DNA of 64,000 bases from Moniliella sp. 'wahieum' (Eukaryota). The stretch lies in NCBI GenBank assembly GCA_003971905.1, contig RSEE01000028.1, forward strand, positions 124,001 through 188,000, given 5' to 3'. Below the pieces are notes generated by a model, which saw only the letters and a program-made list of their open reading frames with translations, had not been told where the DNA came from and did not search any database. Position 1 is the first letter of the stretch. Each line of letters starts with the position of its first letter. Below are positions 1 to 12,195 of this stretch, in pieces. The position numbers and the translations under genes are program-made.

Positions 1-439
1 GCATAGAGCAGCGGGAACAAGCTTGAGTGGGAAGCCGGGAACCTTCATGATGAAGAGGCTGAATACGGACAGCAGCCATGAATGAGTACTTGAATACGTC
101 TTGGCGCGTCCATTGGTAGGCACGCAGACGGCGAAGCGAAAGGGCGACCGACGTGTCGAGTTCGAGGCGGCAGGACGCGGTAAGGGCACGGGAGAGAAGG
201 TAGCGGAGGAAGGGTGGGACGCGGGTCCATGTGGCAATGATGTGCTGCAGGCGTACGATGGCGGCGGGCTCGATGTACTCGTCGCCGGGGCGGGCGTCGG
301 GCGGGGAGGGGGCGATGGGGGGGGTCGGGGCAGCAGCGCCGGCAGCAGTGCGGCGGGCAGATGCGGTAGCTGCTCCTCCAGCACTGCCCGGAGCGCCGCC
401 GTTGGCGACGCCTGCAAAGCGCACGCCACTGGCAGCCAT
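1..439 (-). CDS. AUR1: Inositol phosphorylceramide (IPC) synthase Aur1/Ipc1, N-terminal part (runs off the window start)
   Basis: Minus-strand translation from ATG at 439 (MAASGVRF...), across frameshifts, gives ...RLELDTSVALSLRRLRAYQWTRQDVFKYSFMAA..FSLFIMKVPGFPLKL. This resembles the N-terminal 'LD.S..P...L.RL..H/Y.W/F...IM..P.FPLKL' segment I recall from basidiomycete Ipc1/Aur1. The catalytic PAP2 region lies outside the window. Confidence 0.65.
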   Translation of the reverse strand, partial: MAASGVRFAGVANGGAPGSAGGAATASARRTAAGAAAPTPPIAPSPPDARPGDEYIEPAAIVRLQHIIATWTRVPPFLRYLLSRALTASCRLELDTSVALSLRRLRAYQWTRQDVFKYSFMAAVRIQPLHHEGSRLPTQACSRCSM

Positions 440-1151
440 GGAGGGGGCGGGATGGGCGCAGGGGGGGCAGCCTAGCAGCGGTGGGGCCAGGCGATGGGAT
501 GCGATGAGCGCCGCGTAGTTAGCCGCTGGCGTGGTGCTGCACACGTCGCCCCAGGAGGCCATTGAATATGCACTGCGTTACTATTGACTAGTGGCGATGC
601 CAGTTACTTAAGCCTGCTGAGCCTGAGCGACTCGAGCATATTCATCCAACGCCTCTCTCGAGTGTGATTACCCGGGCAGCTGACCTAACTAGGAGCTTGC
701 GCCCCACCCCAGGGCCCCAGGTGTGCTCAGGCTGCCCTGTTGCGCTCAGCGCGCTTGGGGGCGCCTGTATCCCCTCCTCTGCCTTCCTATCCGACCAGTG
801 GCTACGCGCCAACGAAGAAACCACCCCATCCGACCCCCCAGCAAGCCAGGGCGGCGTGCCACAGAATGGGCGGGCATCTTTCGAGAGCATCAGAAAATAA
901 CGAACGAGCGGGACCAGAGCGCACAGATGCAGAGTCGCACGTAATGGGGGGGGTGGGGGAGGAGGGGGGGACTCGAATGGCACGTTGACGCGGAGTGACT
1001 AGCACATAGTGATGAGAGAAAGATGTGTTGGAAGGAGGAGCAAAACGGGGTCTGAGATCTGTGATGATCTGAGGGGCCCCGCCCCCGCTGTCGCGACGAC
1101 AGCGCAAGCGTACAAGAGGTATCCCATCACTGCACACATGTGCAGAACAGG

Positions 1152-2228
1152 TTACTGCGCCTTGGCTTCCGCCACCAGCCTGGCCTCATACCTGGCCACA
1201 CGATCGGCCTGGGCTAAGGCCTCAGCCGCCTTAATGATTTGAATCACGTTGATCACTTGCTTTAAGGCGCAAATGGGCAAGGTGAGTACGCAGAGGATCT
1301 GGGGCCAGGTAAGTTGGCTGATGAGGCGGAGCAATGTCTGAACAAGGGGCCTTGGACGCCCTTGCTTGCCGCCACCACCCATTCAGAGGCAAGGGCGAGG
1401 TCAAAGCGGCACAGAGGTGCCAACAGATATGCAGGCTGAATCCCAAGGGGGGTGGTGTAGGACTTCATGAGGTAAAGCGCAACAAAAATAACTCGTTGGC
1501 GGCACAAACCAGGAAGAGGACGTTGCTGTTGTGGTAGTAATACCACAACCACCTGCTCGTTTCTTTCGACACCTTTTTGTGGGAAGCAGAGCCCCCGGAA
1601 ATAGCGGCATACATGAATGTAGTGACTGCTGAAGTCAAGGGCAATCAGCAGCTGAAACAAGATCTTATAGTTGGGCCAAGCGGCTGTGAGGAAGCAAAGC
1701 AAGCACGAAGTGGTGCAGCTGTTCAACAGATATCAGCACCCTGCCCGCGTCGAATGGCGAAACACCACAACGAACTGAAGCGAGGGGGTCCACAGGCGTA
1801 CTTACCGATCGGTAATCATATCAAGAACAGCACCAAATTGGGTTGACTGGTTAAGCGCACGAGCAGCCATACCATCAAACGCATCGAGGAGACACGAACG
1901 CAGTACAGCACAGTGCAGTACTTTGGATGCGTGTCCATGAAAATCAGGCTTCCAAGGGCAAGGACAAACGCGAGCGTACCCAATCAAGTTCGGTACGAAG
2001 AGGAAATGTTCTCATTAACGAGAACAGCGCCATTCGCCCCGTCTGTTGTGACTGGTGTTGGTGATGCGGGTGCCACTGGCGATTCAGGGGTTGACACAGC
2101 CTCAGTGGGGAGCCCATTCTTTCCGGAATTAGGGAGTCAACAGTGGTAGTGGTAGGAGCAGTAGAAGTAGTCGGAGTAACAGCAGCGGAAGCAGCCGCTG
2201 CAGCGGCAGCAGCACGCATAACGGGCAT
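1152..2228 (-). CDS. PIS1: Phosphatidylinositol synthase (CDP-diacylglycerol--inositol 3-phosphatidyltransferase)
   Basis: PNLIGYARV, the CDP-alcohol phosphotransferase motif LDAFDGMAARALNQSTQFGAVLDMITDR|CTT, LDFSSHY, and C-terminal ICALKQVINVIQ. GT-AG intron at about 1719-1805 (GTAAG donor, CTGAT branch point). Several frameshifts; start ATG (2228) is tentative. Confidence 0.92.
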
Positions 2229-2773
2229 GGCAGTGTGGAGGTGGTGGTTGATGGCTGAAGTCGACGAAGAGTAAGATCTAAGAGCACTGATGAAGTTGTG
2301 GCGGCGCCCTCGCGATGCCACATAGGCTGCATCAGTCATCGGCGCATCAGCAGCTGAGGAGCAGCTGAGGCCCAGTGCTAGCTTGGCTTTCAATTCGCCG
2401 ACACCAGCACCCGCTCAGTCTTTGCTCCACTTACGTCGCATGTCGCATGTCACAAGAGGGAAACGCACTACAACAGTATCCAAGCCTTTCAAGTACTGGC
2501 GGAACGCGCCGTGTCGATGGAATCGTCACCGCGTTATCAGGTAGACCTCTGTGCTATATGTGTTGACGCGGTTGGCGGGATGGGTCGTGCGCCGACGCTT
2601 AGATGGCTCTTCGTCGACCTCCATCTCGTCGTCAGGCAGTGCCGAGTTGGAAAACACACGGCTAAAATTGCGATAATAGGACGGGCGTACAGTTTCCTCT
2701 CACGCTAGGCGGCCTCAAGTTCTTCTCGTTGATCAGATTGTAGAATGGCGCGGCCACCTGGGGCGGAAGGTTG

Positions 2774-3360
2774 CTAAGACGCATGTTCAGGAGAACTGCT
2801 TTGTAGGTATCCGGATCTGGGCCAAAAGCAGATTACGGATGGGATGGGGTGATGCATGATGGGGCCTGTCGAGAAGTATAGTTTGCGCAGCCCCCGGCTG
2901 GCAAGTCCGGCAAAGGGGTTGTTGACCGCATCATCACCACCATGATCACTGTCCTCAGTCCGTATTGGGCCCCGTGCGTGGTGACCAGTTCGGTCAGGGC
3001 GTGTCGACATTATCGATGCGTGTGTCGACCAAACGGTGTGTGCAATAGGAGCTGGATGATCGATGAAGAGCGTTTGAGCGCAATGTAGTCTATCTCGTCA
3101 GGGCTGGTGAAGCCAAAGCCAACATTAGTGACGTTGAGGTCTTCAACACTGTGCAGGGGCGTCGCCGGACGCATCCGTTTTGCGCTTGGGCTGGGCAAAC
3201 ATGGCGGACTGGGAGCGGCGGGAAGGGCACGTGGCGGCGGATTTCTTGCCATGCAAGTGGTGCGCATCCCAAGGATGGGCCCGAGGCAAGCAGCAACCCT
3301 AATCCCGGCAGGCGTGGGAATTGCCACTTCGTCAGTACGCAGCGTGAACGTTTTGAACAT
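2774..3360 (-). CDS. Possible small hypothetical protein (two abutting ORFs 3010-3360 and 2774-3010)
   Basis: Two adjacent ATG-initiated ORFs only; no recognisable motif. Confidence 0.2.
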
Positions 3361-4170
3361 TCACCAAGCTGGACCTGATCGGTGCAACAGCGGGTGCTGT
3401 GTCTGACTGATGCGCATGTCAGCCCAGCGTCCCTCAGACCTTCAGGCACCTGATCGGCCTGCCACAGCAGACGCGCGGGGGACCGGTGAGATCGAGAAGG
3501 GGCGCGTGATGCGGGAGGTTGCAGGGGGGCAGCGTCTCACGTAAGGAGACGCGCATGGGCACGGGGCGTGTGTGGGGGCGGTGCGGGGGCGCGGCGGGCG
3601 TGTGCATGGCGTCTGCCCTGCGTCCCCCGGCGCAACAACAGCAGGCGCCGTAGAAACCAGGTGCGACCCCCACTGCCACGCCCGTCCCTGCGTCCTCGGC
3701 CGCCGCATCGCCACCTGCCGCCGCAGCCTCCCCGCCGCCGCCGCCGCCGACGTGACGGGCGGACGAACCCCCGCCACCGCTCCCGCCACCCTGTCCCTTC
3801 GCCCGTCGCTCGCTCTGTCCCCCGTCGGCGCTACGCTGAACGCCGCACCCACCGCGCGGCATGGCAGACCTGTCCCACGTCATCACCCAGGTCACCCAGG
3901 GCTCGACCGCCGCCCCCCCTGCGCAGCGGCGCCCGTCTCGGCCGCTCCGTGTCGGCCACTAGCCAGGGGTCAGCCAACAGTACCGCCAGTGGTGCTCAGT
4001 CCGGCGCACCGCCTGCCCAAGCTCGCAAGCGCCGCAAGAAACCCCCGCATCCGATCCCGACCCCGTCGTTGATCCCATTCGCCACGCTGCCGACCAGGCT
4101 CGTGCGCATTTACTTGCCCAGACGCGTGCTAGCGCTATAATCCCTCCTCCCGCCGACCCCCCCGGTCCCC

Positions 4171-5862
4171 ATGACCCCCCTCCAAGTGCAGATGCTGGTG
4201 CTCCAACCGGCCCGCTGGATCAGCACCGGCATCAGCGTCCGCGCCTGCACCACCATCCCAATCACAGTCAACATCCCAATCACCGTCAGACCCTACGTCT
4301 TCCCTTGGTACCACTCCTTCCCCAGCCGGGCCCTCCCCTCCGATGGTAGCAGCCACCCGCACCCGCACCAATCCCCGCCGCTCCCTCGCTGCCTCCCGCT
4401 CCCCCGGTCGCCGCCGGGGCGAGTCAATGCAGCCAATCGCGCCCGGTCTGGTACCACTACTCCGATCAGCGGCTTCTGCATCTACATCACATGCTGCTGC
4501 ACCAGTACATGCGTCTGCTCCTGCCTCCAGCCTGCGCCAAAGAAGCCGGGTGGCCTGTCTGCCCTTCTAGGTCTGTTGACCTGCAGCTCCAACTCGTCAA
4601 CCAAGAAGATGGCTGAGGACCCACCGAGCCGGTCGACTTCCGACTCTAGCAAGGCTGATTCGACTGCCAGCGAGATGTCCGATGGAGTGGGCAAGAATGG
4701 AAAGGCGGCACGTGTGGCTCCGGAACGTGTGGCCAAACGTCGCAGTGTTCATGCCGCGTCCAACGCCAACGGCCGGCAACCCTCCATCATCGCCTTCGCG
4801 CAAATCACGCGGCACTCCACGCGGCACTCCGCGCGTCTCTACCGACGCCACCTCCCTCATCAACCCGGGCGGCATGACCGGCTCAACCCCTGTGGGAGTG
4901 GGGAATGTGGTAAAGAAAGACGAGACGGGCGATGTGCTGTCCTCGGCGGTCGTGCCGCCAGGAGCGGCCTTTGTGTCGACTCGGTTCATGGAACGCCACG
5001 CCGACCCCGCTCCCATCGCCTTTTGGGCACGGGAGGAACCAACTCCAAACGCCAGTCGTACATTGACGATGACGACAATGGCGCGGGCAGTGGCGAGGGC
5101 AGCAAACGGTCCAGTCGGTTTGACCCATCGGGCCTCCATGCCGGCTTGCAAAATTTGGCCGACGAGCGGGAGCGCGTTGAAGCCGAAGGGCAGGAGGGGG
5201 AATCGGATGAGGAGGAGTACCTTGACGAGGAGGAAGTGGATGAAGACTATGCCGAGGAACAACGAATCATCGCTCAGGGGGGCACGGGGCTCCGTCGAGA
5301 CGAGCACGGTGTGCCCGTTCCCATCCTCGCCCCCCTGCTTCCTATCGACAAGCACAAAAAGTGTATTGTACTCGACTTGGACGAGACCTTGGTGCACAGC
5401 AGCTTCAAGTTGATTCCTGATGCGGACTTTGTCGTGCCGTGGAGATTGAAGGAGTGGTGCACAATGTGTATGTGGCGAAGCGCCCGGGTGTGGACGAGTT
5501 TTTGCGCGTGATGGGTACGCTGTATGAAGTGGTTGTCTTTACCGCGTCTCTCAGCAAGTATGCGGACCCTGCTGGATATTCTTGACAAGAAGCACCGCGT
5601 CGTACGCCATCGCTTTGTTCCGGGAATCGTGTACAACCACAAGGGCAACTTTGTCAAGGACCTCTCCCAGCTCGGTCGGCCACTCAACGGGACGATCATC
5701 ATTGACAACTCCCCGCCTCCTACCTCTTCCACCCCTATAATGCAGTTCCCATCTCCTCTTGGTTTAACGACGCTCACGATACGGAGCTGCGTGACCTTTG
5801 CCCTTTCCTCCACGATCTGGCGGACGTGGGCGACGTACGTGCCGTGCTCGATGGGCGGATAG
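4171..5862 (+). CDS. PSR1: Psr1/Psr2-like FCP1/SCP (NIF) family HAD phosphatase
   Basis: [18 protein letters not shown] (DxDxT motif), [53 protein letters not shown]. Low-complexity N-terminus containing LLTC. Frameshifted; start uncertain. Confidence 0.88.
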
Positions 5863-7252
5863 AGACGGCCTAGCGACCCTGCTCCTTCCCCCCCCCCTGT
5901 TCTTGCGGCCTTGAGCCCATCCATTCGTTCTTTGTCCCGCTTTTTTTATTCTCCTTGCCTTCATTTTCTTCGGAAGCGCTCGCGGTTTCATCCGATTCCG
6001 ATTTCATTCTCTCTGCTCCTTTTGCCGTTCATTTCTACCCTACCCTGCTTGGTACCTGGTTTGGCTAGCCCAAGGTATGAACCAGCCTTTGTCCTTTGAT
6101 CTCGATATCCTTTTCTTTCCTGGCATGTATGTTCGCATACCCACGCAGTTCACCCAATCCGGATTTTTTTTCCTCTCTTGTTGGGATGAGACAGGTGGAG
6201 GCACCTCATTAACTCATTGTTCCTTCCCTTTCGCCTACATACATCTACTAGAGTGCATCGTAGTAATACAGCTCTCACTCCAACAACTTGGAAAGTGAAT
6301 CGTACTTACGTGTATGGGCGGCTCAACTCGTCCAACGTTTGTGGCCGCCATTCTCGCCCCAATGCGCCAAACTCCCAGCTCACCGGCTGAGTGACGGGGG
6401 GATTGACGAACAGCGTAAAGGAGACGCGCCACGGATGAATCTATGCCGAAAGTTTTGATTATAGTCCAAAGTTGAAGGTCTCCACTCACGGGTACCTGCT
6501 GTCTTTTTGGCTCCATGTTGAGCTTGGCATCCCACCAAAGATCTCGCATTAACTAGCGGGACAGAAGAGTCTCGGTAGGGAGGTGAGGTCGATGAGGAAC
6601 GGGGTATAGAGCGTGATCCAAAGGGACCGCGATGAGCGATGAGCTCATCACTTCCTCACTCCATTTTCCCCACGGAAGCTCCGACCACAGCTCTTCTTCC
6701 CAGCATGGTGAGTGAATCTCCACGGGTCTCCCAATTGGGTTGGCACGAACAAGCAGCACACGCCGGATGAGCGAGCTGCGGTCGCAGATCAAGCGTCCAC
6801 TGCGTTTTGTTCCTCTGCCCGCGATTGTGCGGACAAAACTGCAAACCCGTCGGAAAAGGTTATGAATTGAATCTCACCCTGGTTAGTACCGTTAGTACCC
6901 TGCAGGAATGCCTCGGAGTCGTACTGAGTTACCGATTACCACGACTGGGGGGGGCAGCGTGCCGTGTGCTGCTGGCCCGGATATAGATATCCGATCTCGC
7001 GAATGAAAACCGCTTTGGAATCGCCTCCATCTCGCAAGGCAGGCGGGCAAAAAGTGTGTCAACCTGAAATGTTCATATTCCGACAGCGGAACGGGCGGCG
7101 CCTGGAATTTTTTCATCTCCTGGGCGGAATGCGGCGGCGAGTCATCCGATGCGCTGGCGCCAACATTCGCCCCCCTCTGACTCGGACTTGTGCGCCCACC
7201 GACTCGTCGCTTTTCGCCGTCGACTGTCGACGTCCACTGCCAGCCTCCCACC

Positions 7253-10200
7253 ATGTCCGCCGCCTTCCCGCCCCACGACGGTACGTTTTGGCCGAGCCCC
7301 CGCCGTCGTTCCCGCTGCTGACGCTTCGCCCCCCTCCCATCCCCCATCCCCCAGGCACGCAGCAGTTCTCCTTCCCCCAGGAAGAGGAGAAGGTGCTGGC
7401 GTACTGGAAGGCCATTGACGCTTTCAAGACGTCGCTGGCCCAGTCCGAGGGCCGCAAGCCCTTCAGCTTCTATGACGGCCCGCCCTTTGCACTGGTCTGC
7501 CGCACTATGGCCACTTGCTCGCCGGCACAGTGAAGGACATCATCACCGCCACGCCACCTCGATGGGCTACTATGTCGACCGCCGCTTGGCTGGGACTGCC
7601 ACGGCTTGCCTGTCGAGCACGAGATTGACAAGAAGCTGGAGATCAAGACGAAGCATGATGTGGAGAAGATGGGTCTCGGCGCGTACAACAGCGCCTGCCG
7701 CGAGATTGTGATGCGCTACCAGTCCGAGTGGAAGCAGACGGTGGAGCGCATGGGCCGCTGGATCGACTTTGACAATGGGTACAAGACGATGGACCTGTCG
7801 TTTATGGAGAGTGTCTGGTGGGTCTTTGGCCAGTTGCACAAAAAGGGGCTGGTGTACCGTGGAACGCGCGTCATGCCCTACTCCAACGCCCTCACCACCC
7901 CGCTCTCCAACTTTGAGGCGGGGCTCGACTACCGGGAAGTGCAGGACCCGGCCATCACGATCACCTTCCCGCTCAAGAGCGACCCCAAGACGGCTCTGCT
8001 CGCCTGGACCACCACGCCCTGGACCCTGCCCTCCAACTTGTCCGTTGCGGTGCACCCGATTTTGAATATCTCAAGATCTTTGACGAGCAGCACCAGATGA
8101 CGTTTATCATCCTGGAGAAACTGCTTACCACGCTTTACAAGGACCCGAAGAAGGCCAAGTTTACCAAGCTCGGCACTGTCAAGGGCAAGGATCTGGCCGG
8201 GCTCGAGTTTGAACCCATGTTCAACTACTTTGTCGACAAGTACCCCAAGGCGTTCCGGTCGTGGCGGACGAGTATGTGACCGACTCGGCCGGTACCGGTC
8301 TGGTTCAGCAAGCGCCCGCGTTTGGTGAGGACGATGCCCGTGTTGCGATTACCAACGGCATCATCTCGCATGACCAGCCGGCGCCCAACCCGCTGACGGA
8401 CAATGGCGAGTTTACGGAGGAAGTGCCCGAGTATGCGGGCATGTACGTCAAGGATGCCGACAAGCACATCATGAAGGCGCTCAAGGAGCGTGGCCGCCTC
8501 ATTGTCCAGAGCACCGTCAAGCATCAGTACCCCTACTGCTGGCGCAGCGGCACCCCTCTGATCTACAAGGCCATTCCGTCGTGGTTTGTGCGTGTGGAGC
8601 CTGCGACGGAGGCGTTGCTCAAGAACACGAGGCCACGTACTGGGTCCCCTCGTACGTGGGCGAAAACCGGTTCGGCAACTGGCTCTCCCAGGCTCGGGAC
8701 TGGAACGTGAGCCGCAACCGCTACTGGGGTACGCCGTTGCCTCTGTGGGTGTCGGACAACTTTGAGGAGATTGTGTGCGTGTCGTCGGTGGAGGAGCTGG
8801 AGCGCTTGTCGGGTCAAGGGCATCACCGACATCCACCCCGACAAAATCAACCACATTACCATCCCGAGCCAGAAGGGCAATGGCGTGTTGCGCCGCACGC
8901 CCGAGGTGTTCGACTGCTGGTTCGAGAGCGGCAGCATGCCCTATGCCCAGTCTCACTACCCGTTTGAGAACAAGGAGAAGTTTGAGTCCTCCTTCCCGGC
9001 CGACTTTATCTCGGAGGGCATTGACCAGACCCGCGGTTGGTTCTACACGCTGCTCATCCTCGGCACGCACCTCTTTGGCACGGCGCCGTGGAAGAACGTG
9101 ATTGTGTCGGGACTGATCCAGGCGGAGGATGGCAAGAAGATGAGCAAGAGCAAGCGCAACTTCCCCGACCCGACCATGCTGATCAATAAGTTTGGTGCGG
9201 ATGCCATCCGTCTGTACCTTGTCTCGTCGGTGCCGTGCGGGCGGAGAGCCTGCGCTTCCGCGAAGATGGTGTGCGCGAGGTGGTGACGAGTGCCTTCCTT
9301 CCCTGGCTCAACTCGTTCCGCTTCTTCCTGGGCCAGGTGGCGCTGCTCAAGCAGGAGTCCAAGATTGACTTTAAGTACGATCCCAACGCGGCCAAGAGCA
9401 CGAATGTCCTGGACCGTTGGATCTTGGCTCGCCTCCAGTCGCTGATCAAGATGGTGTCGGATGAACTGGCTGCGTACCGGTTGTACCAGGTGATCCACCG
9501 TCTGCTGCTGACCATTGACGAGCTCACCAACTGGTACATCCGTTTCAACCGGGACCGTCTCAAGGGTGCCAACGGGCCCGAGGACACGGTGGCTGCGCTC
9601 AACACTCTCTTTGAGGCACTGTTCACCCTGACTCGGACCATGTCTTCGTTCACGCCCTTCTTGTGAGAAACCTGTACCAAGGTCTGCGTCCGTTCCTACC
9701 TGCGCACCCCACTGGGGAGCTGGCCAATGCCGACCTGCGCTCGATCCACTTCTTGCCCTTCCCGCAGGTGAAGGAAGAGTACTTGGACCCCGTGCTGCAG
9801 CGTCAGTTTGGCGCGTTCCAAGCGGTGGTGGAGCTGGGTCGTAAGTTGCGCACGCGCAACAAGCTCCCCGTCCGTGTTCCGCTGCAAGAGCTGCGCGTGT
9901 ACCATGCCGAGCAGCAATTCCTCGACGATGTGGAGGCCCTGGCGGGCTACGTCAAGGCGGAGCTGAATGTGGTCGAGCTGCTGCTGACGTCGGACGATGC
10001 GGCGACCGGGGTCGAGTACCGCTTGCTGGCCGACTGGCCTGTACTGGGCAAGAAACTGCGCAAGGACGTTGGCAAGGTCAAGGCGGCCCTGCCCAAGGTG
10101 TCCTCGGCCGAGGCCAAGCAGTACGCTGCCACGGGCACCATCTCGGTCGCTGGCATCGCGCTGTCCGAGGGCGACCTCAAGGTGACCAAGGAGGTCAACA

Positions 10201-10574
10201 CCTCGGCTCTCCAGGGCCAGTGGGACGCCGACTCGGACGGGGCGGCGGTGGTGCTGCTGGACCTGGAGGTGCGTCCGGCGCTGCAGGCGGCTGGCAATGC
10301 GCGCGAGCTGGTCAACCGTGTGCAGCGGTTGCGCAAGAAGGCGGGCTTGCAGCAGACGGACGTCGTCGACGCGTTCTACACCTTTGACGATGCGAGCGAA
10401 GGCGCGAGTCAGTTGGCAAGCGACTTTGCGTCGCAGGCGGAGCTCTTGGGCAAGCTCCTGCGTCGGGCCCCGCGCCCGGGTAAGGAGCGCGCGGCGGAGG
10501 CCAAGGTGTTTGCCGAAGAGAAGACGGACATCAACGAAGTGCCCTTCACGCTCGAGCTGGTGCTGCTGAGCTAG
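7253..10574 (+). CDS. ILS1: Cytosolic isoleucyl-tRNA synthetase
   Basis: [24 protein letters not shown] with intron 7281-7354 (GTACGT...GCTGAC...CAG). Motifs: FYDGPPFA(T)GLPHYGH (HIGH), [58 protein letters not shown]. Multiple 1-nt frameshifts. Confidence 0.97.
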
Positions 10575-12195
10575 ATGCCGCAGTGCGCTCTCCCCAAGGC
10601 CAGTGCGCCATACATGATTCTTTTTCCTTGCATTGTTGGTGCTCTCTATCCAGGCAGAAACAGTAGGCGGCAATGCGAGCTCTGGGCCAGGTGAGGTATC
10701 GAGCAGCACGTCTGCAGAAAAGAATACTATAGTAGCTGTGGCGTAGACTTGCAAATGGGCATGATAGAGTCACTGTGGCTGGGCCTATATTATGGCAAAA
10801 ATGGACGCATGGCGACGCTGTCTAGTTTGCACACTCGGAAGAGACCAGCACCGACATGGAACGTCTGGGCAACACGGATAAAAGGCCTGGCGTCCTATGT
10901 CCGCAGCCCACTCTTCTGGCCTGCGCGCGGCGCTTGGAACGGGATGGAAAGACGGGCAAAGCCGGCGGCTGGCATCGAAGGTGGAGCGTTGGCAAAAACG
11001 CCGAGAGTGGTGGGCAACTAACACTAGTCACTAGTCCATTACAAAACACAGCCCAAAACGGAATTGCCACCAAGGGTCGGTCCCGGTGCCGCGTGCCACA
11101 CAATGGGGGGGGGGTGGATGTGTGGGGCAGCGCAGACGCGTGTGGGGGTGGTACTAGTTACTAGTTACTAGTTACTGCGCAAGCGCATGCCTGCACCGGA
11201 GCGACAGCAGATGTGCGTCGTGCCACAGCCGCCTTGCGCACAGCCAGCATCTCCGCCTGGTGGACGCGGGTGCGGTCCAGCCCGTAGATGGCGTGGCTGT
11301 GGCGATGCCAAGGCAGGCCAGAGGGCCATGGAAGCCCCCATCGCTTTTTGTGCTCTGCCCCATCCCGTCGGCCGCCTGGTTGGGCTGCGGTGTGTGCTGC
11401 GGTATGCGCTGCCGTGCCTGGTTTACCGCTGCAGCCCATTTGACGGCCAGTGTGGCATGCCATGCCGCATGCACGGGGCCAGAGCGGGTGTGCATTGGGG
11501 TGCGGGGGGCACGCGTGTGGGGTTAGATTGCAGGTGCGAGGCAGCACAGCAGCCTGGTCTGCATCCATCCATCGGTAGTCCTGTCGCAATACTCGCCGGC
11601 TGGGGAGTGGTGTGGGCCGAGCGGTGATCAGCGCTTGGTAAGGAACAGGCAGGCGGCAGAGCGGCATAGTACGGATGGGTGCGGGGGGCAGTGCTACCCC
11701 CTGCGGCCTGGAGCTTAACGCTTAACCCGCTGCAGGCGGATGATCGAGATGATCGAGGATCGATGATATGCAAGGTACGTGGGTGCGGTGGCGTGCCTGA
11801 TGCAGGGCTGCCTGGGCTGATGCATGATGGCCGTGGCGGGGGCAGCGCCAAGTAAGTAGCGGCTAAGCATCCCACTATCAACAAAACCAACAGGCAGCCG
11901 CCAGCCTCCGCCTGCCAGCCAGGCGATGCATGATGCATGCGCGCCTATGCACGGGACACGCTGATCGAGGGCCGGCCGGGGGCGGCTGTGATGCGGTGTG
12001 GTGGCCGTGTCTGGGGAATCTGCGTGGCGGCAGCGTGCCCCCCCTGCGGAGACTGCCGCCAAGCCGTGCCTCACCCAGCCCTGGGCCCGTGCACCAAAGC
12101 GCGCACCTGTCTCCGCCCGTCAAATACCCCACGCCCAGCCCCCCTCCCTCGGCGCTTCTCCTGCCCCCCACCCCCCTCCTCCTCTCCCCCTCTCC

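Noticed and set aside
6235..6900. Small minus-strand ORFs, and a TGGTTAGTAC similarity to 5S rRNA near 6880
   Set aside because: No recognisable protein motif, and the rest of the 5S sequence and structure is absent.
9696..10754. Long antisense ORFs (e.g. 9696-10754 minus, 15774-16964 plus, 51858-52973 plus)
   Set aside because: Shadow ORFs opposite GC-rich real genes (ILS1, ATM1, RAS1); no motifs.
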